This document shows, one piece after another, positions 45,165 to 57,700 of a DNA stretch of 64,000 nt; the first letter of the stretch is position 1, and each line of letters opens with the position of its first letter. The DNA comes from a virus. The position numbers were made by a program, and so were the translations under genes. The notes beneath the pieces were generated by a model, which was given only the letters and a program-made list of their open reading frames with translations, searched no databases and had not been told where the DNA came from. The DNA lies in IMG/VR virus record IMGVR_UViG_3300023174_000052, positions 1 through 64,000 of that record. One strand, written 5' to 3'.

Positions 45165-45392
45165 GTTTAAATTCCTTTATAACTGTTCAGAAATTTTTCC
45201 CGAAATCACATGATTCGGGGGACTTTGACAAGACGTTCGGCGTACAATGCGCTGAACAGTTTGACTCGTGGGAATACACCCAAGATTCGCTCAACTAATA
45301 ATATCTATAACGAAATGAAGTCTCATTCAAAAGTTATTACACTTTTACAAATTATTACTATTGTTACTTTTTAAATATTATTTTGTCTCTCG

Positions 45393-48300
45393 TTATCCTA
45401 TCGTGAGTGTGCCGCCTGCAAATGTGAGAGTTGAATTGACTTTAAGGACCTTAGTATCAGAATAATTAGTCGCTTTTAAGTGTCCATTCTGCGTAATAGT
45501 GATTGAACCTGAAGCTATGGTATCGATGACTGGAATTTCGAGAACGCCTTCGTTGACAGAGACGCCACCCGTTAGCGTGTTTAGACCAGATAGCGTAACG
45601 GTTCCTGCTCCGTTCTTATTAAATAGACCAGAACCTGCCATGATGCCACCGTACGTTAATGTCTTTCCATTCTCAATATCGAAAGTAGAACTACCGTCTA
45701 CTCTTATTCCTCTGTTAGAGCTAATCTGGAACGATGCAGAAGCTACGAAACGACTTCCACCAGCGAATAGTAACTTATTCGCAGTCGCAGTTCCTGGCGT
45801 CGAACCAAAGACAGTATCACTCGAGATGCCTGAAGCTACAGTTAACGTACCGGTTACGAAAGTTGAACCTGCGTAGGTATTCGACGCGCCTAACGTGAGT
45901 CGACCTTGCGAACCAGAAACCATTATGGAGCCCGCTCCGGAGATTACACCGTTCTGTACCCAGTCACCTGGTCCCGAGAATCTAATCGCATCGCTATGAG
46001 CAGAACCCGTAATTCCCATAAGACCAGATACAGTCGTAGTTTGACCCGCTGGGGTTACGAGATTTCTTCCGATGCCGACTATTTCGATGTTGTTTGGAAT
46101 GCTGATGGACCCGCTGAACGTTACGCTATTTTGTTCATATGTAGAAGTCTGCCATCTTAGACCGGTAGAGGTCTTCGGTAATGAATTCTGGCCATTGAAA
46201 ATGTAAGAACCGTTATATGCGCCACCCATCATGATGTATAACGCGTCTAATCCCTGGTTATTACCGGCGTATTCTATGGTGTTAAGTTCGCGACCATCCC
46301 AACTTCTGGCAATGAAGTATTCGTTCGTGATAGAACCAGAGATATTTCCCGCGATTGTTAGTTTATTATAAACACCATATCCTGCGTCGTCCTTTTTGAA
46401 TAGTCTCTTTCTGCCTGTATTTGGAACGAGTATGATATTATTCGTTAAAGTTTCATTATTAGAATTTTCTATTATAATGTCAGAGTTTAACGAACCAGAA
46501 TAGACGATTGGTCCTGAACCAAAGGCATTGACTGAGTTGACGTATATTTTTGCTAACGCGACGTTCGCGTTGTGTATTACGCCGCCTGTGTGAGTATTTG
46601 TACCGCTTAGATACGTGTTATAAGCACCGTAAGACTTCTTCACAGGAGCCGTACCCGATAGGTTCGCAGCGATTGAAGCGTATAGATAATTATCTAATAT
46701 CGAAGTATCTAATGCGCTATCAGAGCTTAGCACCGTGGTCGTCGGAGTCGTCGAAAGGTTATGCATTACCTTCACACCCGACGCGCCACCTGCGGAATTT
46801 GTGTTACCAAGGTGTAGAGTACCCGCTGAGTGTGTCACTGGTAGGGTGAAAGTATTATTACCACCCAAAACCAATCGGCCCGTCCCAATCTTCGTAATGC
46901 CGCCGGAGCCTGTGATATTGAGCATCAAAGAACCAGTTAAACCCGCTGCGAGTCCTGAAATCTTCGATATATCGACTGGATAATTCGATGTGAACGTAGC
47001 ACCCTCTAACTGAAGCGTAACTCCCCGAGGTACTATTGGGTCTAATGTAGACGCGTTAATAACTGCCCCTGCAGTTCCACCTATCCTGGAGCTTGAAGGC
47101 GCCGCAAAAATGAGAGAACCGCTGAATCCTGGGCCGTATACTATACCGGAGCTTGCAGCTATGTCTGTAGTTCCTGAGTTAGTAAACGTTCCTGCGCCAG
47201 TGACGTATAGAACGCCTGTGACTTCTAAACGACCCGTGTGTACGACCGCCTTTCCTGATGGTACATCGATACCTCTATCGTATGCGCCAACCATCCATAA
47301 CTTTTGTGGTATGGTCATGTTAGCAGATAGTTTTAGGAGGTTATCTCTTGATGAACTACCTGGCCACGTCGTTATCATGGGAACGTTAGATAACGCGGGT
47401 ATAGAATTAGCAGATGCTATTTCGTATGCGTTAGTTACGTTATATCCTAATAATAAACTTGAAGCCGTAACTTGCTGTAAATTCGCAGAGACAACGTGTC
47501 GAGTATTTAGATTAGCGTTGGGTGATAGTAATAGAATCGTTTGACCTGGCCCACCGCCCGTCCAATTTCCAGTGTACGTAATTGAATGAAATGGTGCTCC
47601 ACCGTTTTGGAATGAAAACGCGTTTGTACCGTTAGTTACCCAAGTAGAGTTTCCAAAATCGACGTCTTGGGAAACTGTCCAAGATGTAGGATTCGTCGCT
47701 GGACCAATGTTATATGTGTTTATTCTATAGCTCTGTTGCTGGTTGAAATATAATCTGCCATTCCCCATTGCCTCAGCATTCAGGAACTGCACATTAGTAC
47801 CAGGAGACGCAGAGTTTCTGGAAGTTAATTTAAAACCACCGGTGCTTATATTATTTCCGCTGACGATAAGATTCGCGTTTGTTTCCGTTCCAGGGTCGAC
47901 TTCTAATATCTCTGAGCCGCTTAGGTTAGAACTGATGGCACCGTATAAAGCTTTATCGAACCAAGAAGTATCTAAATATTGACTCGCGCTCAATGCCGAA
48001 TTGTTCTTTATCTTAATAGTCTTCGTAGAACCGAGCTTGCCACCGTCTATGATGTCGAGCGTACCACCAGATACTTCGACGCCACCCGAGAATGTATTTG
48101 TTCCGCTTAATATTAATTTAGCAGCACCGACTTTCTTGAGTGGTCCTGCTCCTGTTATGTTTACTGATATCGTAGACGTCGCGTTCGTAACTGAAACTTC
48201 GCCGCCACCTGATGGCATGTTCCAAGCAGATGAACCATCAACAGTCCAAGAGTAATAAGGTGATGTCGAATCTCCGAGAGACATAGACGCAACCTGCGTG

Positions 48301-48452
48301 TCTCCACCTGAGATGGTAACAACACCAGCGGCATTCGAAGCGATATCGGTGCCGAGTACAGCGTTGTCACCTGATGAAGGAACTCCAGCGTCCCAATTAC
48401 CTGAACTGTTCCAAGAGCCCGCAGTCGTCTGTGTCCAATTTTTAGTAGCCAT
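45393..48452 (-). CDS. beta-helix protein with autotransporter-associated (PATR) repeats, putative receptor-binding protein
   Basis: K.G.G.L.L.G.NT..GG repeats; W..G.WN...NW N-terminus; no signal peptide or beta-barrel. Confidence 0.75.
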   Translation of the reverse strand: MATKNWTQTTAGSWNSSGNWDAGVPSSGDNAVLGTDIASNAAGVVTISGGDTQVASMSLGDSTSPYYSWTVDGSSAWNMPSGGGEVSVTNATSTISVNITGAGPLKKVGAAKLILSGTNTFSGGVEVSGGTLDIIDGGKLGSTKTIKIKNNSALSASQYLDTSWFDKALYGAISSNLSGSEILEVDPGTETNANLIVSGNNISTGGFKLTSRNSASPGTNVQFLNAEAMGNGRLYFNQQQSYRINTYNIGPATNPTSWTVSQDVDFGNSTWVTNGTNAFSFQNGGAPFHSITYTGNWTGGGPGQTILLLSPNANLNTRHVVSANLQQVTASSLLLGYNVTNAYEIASANSIPALSNVPMITTWPGSSSRDNLLKLSANMTIPQKLWMVGAYDRGIDVPSGKAVVHTGRLEVTGVLYVTGAGTFTNSGTTDIAASSGIVYGPGFSGSLIFAAPSSSRIGGTAGAVINASTLDPIVPRGVTLQLEGATFTSNYPVDISKISGLAAGLTGSLMLNITGSGGITKIGTGRLVLGGNNTFTLPVTHSAGTLHLGNTNSAGGASGVKVMHNLSTTPTTTVLSSDSALDTSILDNYLYASIAANLSGTAPVKKSYGAYNTYLSGTNTHTGGVIHNANVALAKIYVNSVNAFGSGPIVYSGSLNSDIIIENSNNETLTNNIILVPNTGRKRLFKKDDAGYGVYNKLTIAGNISGSITNEYFIARSWDGRELNTIEYAGNNQGLDALYIMMGGAYNGSYIFNGQNSLPKTSTGLRWQTSTYEQNSVTFSGSISIPNNIEIVGIGRNLVTPAGQTTTVSGLMGITGSAHSDAIRFSGPGDWVQNGVISGAGSIMVSGSQGRLTLGASNTYAGSTFVTGTLTVASGISSDTVFGSTPGTATANKLLFAGGSRFVASASFQISSNRGIRVDGSSTFDIENGKTLTYGGIMAGSGLFNKNGAGTVTLSGLNTLTGGVSVNEGVLEIPVIDTIASGSITITQNGHLKATNYSDTKVLKVNSTLTFAGGTLTIG

Positions 48453-48503
48453 AGTCCCTTCCTATTTTCTGTTCGAGTTAATGATTTAGATCACATTACT
48501 CTA

Positions 48504-48827
48504 TTAGAGTACGTTAGCCTTACGAACGACGACTTTGACTTTTAATCCTGTTGAATCGACGTAGGTAGCCTGGACTGCATAGCCTGCGGGTACTTTTATA
48601 TCGATCTTATCATTAAGATTAGCGAGCGCGGGAAGGACAGAACCTCCCCACTTTATTCCTGAACCGGTATCGAATATAGTATATGTCCCAGGTTGTGTAA
48701 TTATCGTCGACTGTAAATTCACAACCGGAGGAGCCGATCCGAGGTCGAGGAAGGAGGCGACCTCGACGGTGCCTCCTGATACTGGCGTAGAATTGGTCTT
48801 ATGTAAAGACCTTCTTATGAGAAGCAT
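48504..48827 (-). CDS. small adaptor protein (YTIFDT domain)
   Basis: clear paralog of the N-terminus of 59381-60961. Confidence 0.7.
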   Translation of the reverse strand: MLLIRRSLHKTNSTPVSGGTVEVASFLDLGSAPPVVNLQSTIITQPGTYTIFDTGSGIKWGGSVLPALANLNDKIDIKVPAGYAVQATYVDSTGLKVKVVVRKANVL

Positions 48828-48828
48828 A

Positions 48829-51297
48829 TTAAGCCTCGTTTCCAGATAGCGTGAATGATATGTCAGCTAATGTGGAATCAGCAGATGATGGCGCGACGAC
48901 TCGGACGATGTTGCCCGCGGCGTAAGATACCGAACCACCAGAGTAGGAGACTGCTCCGACGCTTGAACCAGCTGAGTAGACGATTGTTCCGACATTCGAG
49001 TACGAAATCGTTCCAGCCGTATTAACACCCTTCTGGATGTTGAAGGTCGCAGTCGCTGTCGCAGCAGTATCACAGTAAGCGTATCCGCCGTCGAGTGTAA
49101 CCGCGACGCTGACAGGAGCTCTGAAGATGACCTCGCCAGCTGCAGGCTTACCTGAGACATCACCACCGATATCGACAACTGATGAACCACCACCAGCGCC
49201 ACCACCGCCAGTTGTGTAACCGACGAGAGAAGCTAACGTGACTGGTAAGAAGGCAACAACGAAGTCGTCTTTCTGTAGCGCGAAGTTAAATGAAACCGAT
49301 GTACCGTCAGAAGCGATGTCGTAATCGTAGTTCGACGCGTCGAAAGACTTCGAAACGAGGAGTTGACCGTTTAGGTACAACTTGACGTTCTCGTCGCGAG
49401 CATCTGTGGGAACAGATGTGTAAGAACCAGAGAAGTGCGTTCCGTTGATTTTCTTGAGATCGCTGCCCAAGATCGAAGCGGGTGCTGAGACTGCGCTGTC
49501 GATCTTAAACATGAAGCGTGAATCGCCTGGGAGAGCAGCGGCTGTCGAGATGGCAGATAGTATTGAAACTTCGCCGAAGACAGTCTTAAAACGGTCCCAT
49601 TCTGCTGAGGCATCTGAGAGTTTGATACCGTCGGCATCTGACCAACCTGGAGATTTATTAGAATCCAAGAATTTTAGATCGGCGCCAGCTGCGATATGAA
49701 CGTCAGAAGAAGCAGAAGCGAAGAGCACACCATCGGCCGCTCTTAAATCTACGTTATCTGCATCGAGTGCGAAGTTTCCACCGACGTTGACATCCATGAC
49801 AGAAGCTACGCTAATTAAGAAATCGTCACCAACTTCGGCGACGAGGTCGCGAGCGGCTTCAACAATGATATCAGACGCAGCAGACATGCTAAGGTGCGAC
49901 GATGCAGAGACGAGTAAGTCTCCGCCGGTCTTTCCTACAACCTGCTTGCCTGATTTGTCGAGCGTAACGTCATCTCCGAAAGTAGAAGTGCTGTCGACGT
50001 CGAAAGTCGAAGCGAAGTGCGCCGCGGCCGAAACATCTAATCCACCTGTGACGTAGAGCTTCGAATCGTGGAACATGAGGTTCGCTTCGTCCTTAATCGA
50101 ACCGTCTGTATCGACGACGTAGAGACGCGTCGCAGTGTCGCCGTCAATCTTAACTGAATTTACAGTGATACCAGAGTTAAAGTCAGCAGCTCCATTGAAA
50201 GTAGATGCGCTGGCGACCGTTAGTGTACTCTGGAGGTTTAGAGCTCCTTGAACGTCTGCGGCGCCGTTAACGTCTAACGCTCCATTAACGTTTGCATCCC
50301 CAGAGAGGTATAGGTTCTTCCACTTAACCGAAGAAGAACCGAGGTCTTTAGAAGCGTCGGCTGAAGCGAGAAGGTTCTCTGAGAACACCCACGAATCCGT
50401 GGCATTATCCCACACTATCGTGTGATCTGTATTACCTTTGAGGATGATACCACCGCCGTTCGCAGACACGTCAGAGGGCGATGCAGTCGCGCCTAATTCG
50501 ATGTTTATGTCGTCTACAGTGACGACAGTCGAGTTAACAGTCGTTGTAGTTCCGTTAACGACAAGGTCACCGCCGACTGTTAATTTACCAGTAAACGTAC
50601 CGCTTACTGCAGATATATCTCTCGTTACTGTGAGGTCACGAGCGATAGTAACATCTTTTGAGAACGTCGAACCAGAGACGGTGAGTGTACCAGCAGAGTG
50701 AGAAATTTCTGCATCGACAGCGAGTCGCTTTCCCGTTCCGACGAGAGCTACTTTGCCAGCCGTGAGGTCTTCAACGATCGCAGAAGCTAATGTCGCATCA
50801 CCATCGACATCGAGAGTGCCCTTTGACGCTACATTACCTGTACCGACCGCTACAGTGAATTTGTCTGTACCGACAGTCAGGTCAGCACCGGTGACATCCA
50901 AACCAGCAAGAGCGTCGACGTTACCGACGAGTGTAGAGCCGAGAGCAACGGTTAAAGCACCACCAGCCTGAAGTGATGAAGAACCAGATATAACGCCAGC
51001 GTTTGTAATAGAAACTTTTTGAACGCCTGAACCGTCTTTTAAACTTAAAGAGCCCGAGAATACGGAAGTCGCATTCGAGAAGACACCAGCCTGAGCGTTT
51101 GTGAAGTCGCCCACACCGTGAATTCTTGAGATTGAACCTGCCATCGCAGCCAAGATGTCTTGGAGCGTCGAAGCATTGATACTATTCGAAGCTAATGGGC
51201 TCGAATAATCGCTAACTGCCATGTCAGAGATAGAAGCTATGGAGCCAGAAACAGACTTTAATCTAATTTGACTGCGTGGTGTAATTGCGGTAGCCAT
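48829..51297 (-). CDS. virion fibre-like protein
   Basis: 822 aa; paralog of the 836-aa gene plus C-terminal GKPA..VVAPSS domain. Confidence 0.7.
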   Translation of the reverse strand: MATAITPRSQIRLKSVSGSIASISDMAVSDYSSPLASNSINASTLQDILAAMAGSISRIHGVGDFTNAQAGVFSNATSVFSGSLSLKDGSGVQKVSITNAGVISGSSSLQAGGALTVALGSTLVGNVDALAGLDVTGADLTVGTDKFTVAVGTGNVASKGTLDVDGDATLASAIVEDLTAGKVALVGTGKRLAVDAEISHSAGTLTVSGSTFSKDVTIARDLTVTRDISAVSGTFTGKLTVGGDLVVNGTTTTVNSTVVTVDDINIELGATASPSDVSANGGGIILKGNTDHTIVWDNATDSWVFSENLLASADASKDLGSSSVKWKNLYLSGDANVNGALDVNGAADVQGALNLQSTLTVASASTFNGAADFNSGITVNSVKIDGDTATRLYVVDTDGSIKDEANLMFHDSKLYVTGGLDVSAAAHFASTFDVDSTSTFGDDVTLDKSGKQVVGKTGGDLLVSASSHLSMSAASDIIVEAARDLVAEVGDDFLISVASVMDVNVGGNFALDADNVDLRAADGVLFASASSDVHIAAGADLKFLDSNKSPGWSDADGIKLSDASAEWDRFKTVFGEVSILSAISTAAALPGDSRFMFKIDSAVSAPASILGSDLKKINGTHFSGSYTSVPTDARDENVKLYLNGQLLVSKSFDASNYDYDIASDGTSVSFNFALQKDDFVVAFLPVTLASLVGYTTGGGGAGGGSSVVDIGGDVSGKPAAGEVIFRAPVSVAVTLDGGYAYCDTAATATATFNIQKGVNTAGTISYSNVGTIVYSAGSSVGAVSYSGGSVSYAAGNIVRVVAPSSADSTLADISFTLSGNEA
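50301..50391. repeat. direct repeat shared with 43811-43901
   Basis: 82/91 nt identical. Confidence 0.85.
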
Positions 51298-51407
51298 GTA
51301 AGAACCCCTTATGTCTTTGAGTTAATATTCAATCAGACTGCGACTGGAATCGAGGTTCCAAATTTCCATTGCATGCAAACGCTAGCAATTTATACGTAAA
51401 TATCATC

Positions 51408-51467
51408 ACTAAATTTTACAATCCTAAGTTTTTAGTTTTTACTAACGAAAGAATTGTAAAATTTAGT
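51408..51467. repeat. 15-bp AT-rich inverted repeat with 30-nt spacer
   Basis: ACTAAATTTTACAAT / ATTGTAAAATTTAGT, intergenic. Confidence 0.6.
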
Positions 51468-51487
51468 AATATCACTATCTAATAAAA

Positions 51488-51763
51488 TCAGACGTCTTCT
51501 GCGTCGGAAAGCTCTGGTAGTAATTTCGCAGCTTCATAACTTTGTTTCCATAAATTGTCGCTCGAAGATAGGTCGTACACGAAATTACAGTCGTAGAAAC
51601 AAATAACGCGATCGTCGCCTTTCATTTCGCGAGCGAAAAGAACAGCTCTCACGTTTCTATTTCCCGTGTCCTCTACCTTTCCTTCGAAAAGCATGTGCTC
51701 GAAAGAAATGTAGCAACCCTTGTATTCCTGATCATTAAGAGTGATGTCTTTTTTAAGTGCCAT
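51488..51763 (-). CDS. small tail-fibre-associated protein
   Basis: MAL.K..Y..N..KQ.YE..K.LPE..DAEDV pattern typical of fibre-linked phage ORFs; SD AGGAG. Confidence 0.55.
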   Translation of the reverse strand: MALKKDITLNDQEYKGCYISFEHMLFEGKVEDTGNRNVRAVLFAREMKGDDRVICFYDCNFVYDLSSSDNLWKQSYEAAKLLPELSDAEDV

Positions 51764-51784
51764 TTTTGCTCCTTTATTGTGAAA

Positions 51785-54700
51785 TTAGATGAAAGATACG
51801 TTACCACCTGATAGAATCAGGTTTAAATTGCCGGTGCCAAATTTATTTACAGAACTTGGAAGAATTACGCTTCCACTGTTTTGAACTGTTATAGAACCCG
51901 ATGGGATAGCGAATGTATTTTCAAATCTTACGGTTCCAGTCAAAACGTTAACAGATCCAGTCACGTTAGTTGATCCGGATAAGATCAATAAGCCACCACC
52001 CTTCATAGTAATATTCGCAGTTCCTGCGACTTGCGAAGGAATAATGAATGTCTTACCGCTTTGGACGTCGAATGTAACGCTACCAGTCAATCCGACGTTT
52101 CTCGTCGTGCTCAATGTCAACGATGCCGAAGACGCTAACGTCGCATTTTGTAAGAACAATCTTGCCTGTGCCGTACCAGGAGTCGCGCCGAAAGAGTTGT
52201 CACTACCATTCGCTGCGATTGTCAAAACTGAGTTAGACGCTGTTATAAATCCTGTGAACAAATTCGAGTTATTAGCGATAGTAAGGCGAGAACTTGGTTC
52301 GATAACGACTGAACCGGCGCCTGCAAGCGTGCCCGACTGGATCCACTCGCCAGGTCCGACGAATGAAGTCGCTGACCACGCTAATGCTGTTCCTGCTCCA
52401 TAACGAGTCAAAGAACCCGTAAGACCATGACGACCCGTATGGATTACAGTATTTCCAGTTGGGACATTTAGCTTGGCGCCGATACCAACTGTTGATCCGT
52501 AGTAAGAAGATTCTAACGAATTAGGAACAGTCATAGAGCCAGAGAAGATCCAGTTCGCAGCGCTTGATGCGGTCGTGTAAGTAGAATAATGATATCCACG
52601 TAGCTGAGAGCCCGAGTTTGGTAGAGACTGTGACCCGACGAAAGTCATGGCAGCGTTATAATAATACGCGGGATAAATGAAACCGTAAAGATTAGAATTA
52701 TTACCCGTGAATTTAATATTAAAAGTACTCAATCCCGAGTTGACCGCGGTCGAGGAATAACCGATGTACGTCGTGTTTATACTTCCTGACTGCGAAGATA
52801 AACGACCGGAGTATATATGTGTCTGTGGTTGTGTGAACGTACCGTTTAGATAGGACAAATATCTAACACCTGTGCCCTTCGCTCCTGTCCAGCTAATATC
52901 ACCAGACATCGTATGAACTTGTACACCTGGCGTTATCATGAAGTATAGATAATTACCCGCTCCTGCGCTATAAGTACCTTTGTTCCTAAATTCTATCGAA
53001 GCAGAACCTATAGTTCTTGAACCCGATACGTAGAGGTAACCAACATTTGTACTATCGATTCTGATGCCTCTTGTGTTATTGATACCTGAGTTTGTCCCTG
53101 TGAGATAGACATACGTGCTAATTGCCGTCGCTGACCCAGAAGCAATATAGTTATCGAATATAAGCTGTCCCGTTCCCGTAACTGGAGAAAGCATGTGATA
53201 CGTAGGCGCTGCGGTATAAGAAGATGAGAAGATACCTGCACCTGATAGGTAGATTCCTCGAGTAGCCGGAATAACGTGAGATGTAGCGTTAGGATAGATC
53301 AACGTCGCAGAGTTATTTAGAGTGATGCTTGCTGTCGAAAGAGTCGCAGGTACTGGGCCCGCAGAAGTCTCTGCCGCAAGGACAACAGACCCTGAAGAAA
53401 CTGTAAATAGGCCCTTGAAATTTGTCGTAGAAAGATCGGGTAAGTAAACTCGACCGCCACCCGTTTTTGTGAATGAAGCAGAAGCTATCGAAGAACTTAC
53501 TGACGAGCTGACATATAAGAACGCGCCAACCGAAGTATCGACGTTCAAGTTACCGTCAGTTTGCAAGCGTCTGTTGACGCTCAAGAAAGTTGTTCCAGAT
53601 ACTACCAAGTTCGAACCGGTTAATTGAATCGATCGAACCGCGGTAGCTTGATCCGCGCTTGTGTCTACACCCGATAGAATGAGCGACCCACTCGTTGAAT
53701 AAATCGAATTTTGTGTAGAGAGACCCACTAACGAGAGATTACCACCTCCCGTCTTTACGAGCGCAGATGTTCCTGTGACAGGTGCGAGGATAGATAACGT
53801 CTTATTCTGATCTACTGATATAGTCGAGTCAGCGTTAAGAACGATGCCTCTATTTTGGTTTATCGAGAACGTATCTGTAATTCTCCACGAAGAACCACTT
53901 AACACGAAGTAAATCGGATTTAATACTGACGGTGTGGCACCAAAACTGCTATCAGCAGAGGCCGTGACGATGTTCGAAGAACCTGATTTCACGTCGACGG
54001 TACCTTCTAATACGTTGAAAGTTACGCCGGATGAAGTTACATATTCGAACGTACCAGGTCCACGTTTATTAATCGTGGCAGATGTTCCCGCTACGTAAGA
54101 ACCAAGCGCTAATGAAACTATAGAACCAGACGAAATGTTTAGGTTTATAGTTCCCGTCATGTAGAGTTTGGAAGGATTCAATATTAAACTTGAAGAAATA
54201 TTTAGAGTGCTACCATCGACTAAGTTTATTTGTCCTGTGCCAAGAGTACCTGATGTGAGTCCGGCACCGATTGTCAAAGTTCCTGAGTTGATTAGTCCAC
54301 CTGCGAAGGTATTCGAAGCATTCGCGAAGGTCACACAAGCACCAGGTTCAATGACCAAACCACCTGCACCAGCTAAAGTGCCGGACTGGATCCATTCGCC
54401 TGGACCAACGAACGAAGTCGCTGACCACGCGAAATTAGCGCCAGAGCCTTGTCTGGTCAATGAACCTGTGAGACCGTGGCGACCTGTGTGGATTACAGTA
54501 TTTCCAGACGGGACATTTAATTTAGCGCCGACCGTGCCGTTGTTCGATGATTCTATAAGGTTCGGTACTGTCATTGAACCGGAGAAAATCCAGTTTGCAG
54601 AGTTTGAAGCCGTCGTGTAAGTATTAACATGAACGGCTCTTAGCATAGCGCTTGGGTGTGGAAGCGACTGTGAACCCACGAACGTTACGGATATGTTACC

Positions 54701-57700
54701 TGAATCACCGACCCAAATCGGACCATATAGACCAGAGTTATTACCAGTTAATACTACGTTGATTAATCGATCGAAACCAGAAGTTAGACCGCCGATAGAA
54801 CCAAGCGAGAAATTTGATGTACTATCTACTTGATTCGTTAATCGTCCTGAGAATATATATGTCTGTGGTGTCGTTAACGCGCCGCGCATATAAGCGATGT
54901 GTTTATGGCTTGTTGCGCCACCGGATGGACCCGTAAACTTGATGTCGTTTATGATTGTATCTGTTGTTTTTGCAGGATCCTGGAAGAATCCTAAATACGA
55001 CGTTCCAACTAATCCTGACGCCAAGCCCTTATTTCTGAATTCGACCGTACCAGAACCCATCGTTCTGGAGCCCGATGTTGTTAACGTCGCGAAACCTGTC
55101 GCATCGATTCTTATACCACCGGCATTATTAAGCGCAGAATTTGCTCCTATGAGATAGACAGCCGTGTCAACAACGGTTGCAGAACCAGACGCTACACCGT
55201 TATTAAAGATAATTTGTCCTGAGCCCGTAACCGTGCTGTCGACGTAATAATTCGGAGCTGGCGCCGCGGCGATCGAAGACGAGAAAATACCATCGCCCTG
55301 TAAATTGATTCCTCGAGTACCAGAAATTATAAATGTCTGGACGTTATTGGTGTAAATATCGGAAATACCGAGCGGGAACGTAATGTTCGAGGGATCGACA
55401 GACGCGGGAAGAGCTCCGAAGTCTGCGTCGCCATAGACAGCTCTCGAAGTCCAACCAGCTACGGAACCAGTGTTGAGATAAGGTACACGTGGTGTAGTTA
55501 ATGTACCACCACCGATTATTCTCAAGCTCGCTCCAGTCCATCCCAAATCCAATCCTTGCGGGACTGTTAACGTCATTCCCGTCGGGATGTCGAAAGTAGC
55601 AACGCCAGCGTCAATTTGTAGTCTGCGAGTGTTACCGAAGGAGAACGAAGATGAAACTGCCAACGTCGCGTTGTTTAGATAGAGCGATGTTGTTGGAGAT
55701 CCTGGCGTCGCACCGAAAGAGTTCGTTCCACCGTTCGCTGCGATAGTAACGACAGAGTTAGACGCCGATATAGGACCTGTTGATATATTAGAGTTATTCG
55801 CTAACGTGAGTCTTGAGCCAGGTTCGACGACCAACGCACCAGCACCAGCTAACGTACCAGATTGAATCCATTCACCTGTACCGACGAACGAAGTCGCGTT
55901 CCATGCGATGACAGGCGACGTACCTTGACGTATTAGAGTACCTGTGAGACCGTGTCGACCCGTTGCTATAATGGTTGAACCAGCGGCGACGTTCATCTTC
56001 GCGCCAACACCATTGGCGCCATAATTCGAAGACTCTATTTGGTTAGCGACAGTCATAGAACCGGAGAAGATCCAGTTTGCAGAATTCGACGCAGTCGTAT
56101 AAGCGCTAGCATAATATCCAATCATTTGCGCTATTGAATTCGGAAGAGACGACGACCCAATAAAATGAATAGAATTATTACCACCGTAACTCGGAAATAT
56201 TTGACCATATAATCCGCTATTATCACCTGTTAACTTTACAGTCAAAAGTCTATCTAAACCGGTCGAAGCATTATTATAACCTAAATACACAATAGATGTA
56301 TTGCCAGGTTGCGTAATCAAGCGACCTGAGTAGATGTGCGTCTGAGGTTGCGTGACGTTGCCGATCATGCGAGAGATTGACTTGGCACCTGTACCTGTCG
56401 CACCTGTCCAGCTAACGTCACCAGACATCGTGTGAATCTGCGTCGACGGATCCTGAAGGAAATAAAAATCACTACCCCCCGCACCGACGTATATTCCTTT
56501 ATTTCGAAATTCTATTGAAGCAGAACCGATGTTGCGAGAACCAGAAGAGTAAAGATAACCATAGCTCGTACTATCGATTCTGATTCCACCAGAATTGCTT
56601 AAATAAGAGTAGGTTCCAGTGAGGTAAACGAAGGTGCTAACTGCCGTCACCGACCCAGACGAGATATAGTTATCGAATACGATCTGTCCCGTTCCCATAA
56701 CTGGCGAGTTAACATAGAAAGTAGGAGATCCTATATAAGAACTCGAGATAACGCCAGATCCAGAAAGGTATATACCGCGGTTAGCAGGGATAGCGTGCCC
56801 CCCTAAAATCGGGTTAGTATAGATCAACGTCGCAGAGTTATTTAGAACAATGCTAGCTGTCGAAAGAGTCGCGGGTACAGGACCTGTAGAAGTCTCTGTA
56901 GTGAGGACGACAGACCCTGATGAAACGGTGAACGAGCGATTAAAATTCGTCGTAGAAAGATCAGGTAAGTAAACTCGACCGGCGCCCGTTTTTATGAATG
57001 AAGCAGAAGCTATCGACGAGCTTAAAGAAGAACTAACATATAAGAACGCGCCCGCGTCGACGTCGATGCTCAAATCGCCATTCGTTGTTATGTCTCTATT
57101 CGATCCGATGAAAGTCGTTCCGGATATTATTAGATTTGAACCCGACAATTCGAACGATCTGCGAACACCAACGTCTGAAGCCGTGGCTCCCGATAAAATA
57201 AGATTTCCACTTGTGTGTTTTATCGCAGTAATAAAGCTATTATTGAGTTGTAAATTACCACTTCCAGTTTTGATGACTGGATACGTTCCATTGACGGGTG
57301 CTCCAATAGCGAAAGTCGTAGAACTGTTTATAGCGATATTCCAATCTTTTAATAGTAAAAACCCTCTGTTCGCGTTCGAAGTAAACGAATTCGTGATCAA
57401 CCAATTCGAACCACTTAGAGGGAAGAAAAGAGAATCGTAAGAAGCAGGAATAGAACCGAAGTCAGAATCTGCCGAAGCAGTTAGTACAGACGTTAACGCA
57501 GAAACTCCTGTCGCGACACCAGCTACTTGATTAACGTTAACGTTTGGAGAGACTACATATCTAAACGTACCTAAACCGATCTTATTAATCGTTGTAGCAT
57601 TGCCCTGCGCCTGGACTAAAGCAGTTAGCGTCGTCGCATTTAAAACGTCAACCGTAACAGTTCCAGTAGATACGAGTGTATTCGAAATATTCGCGACGCT

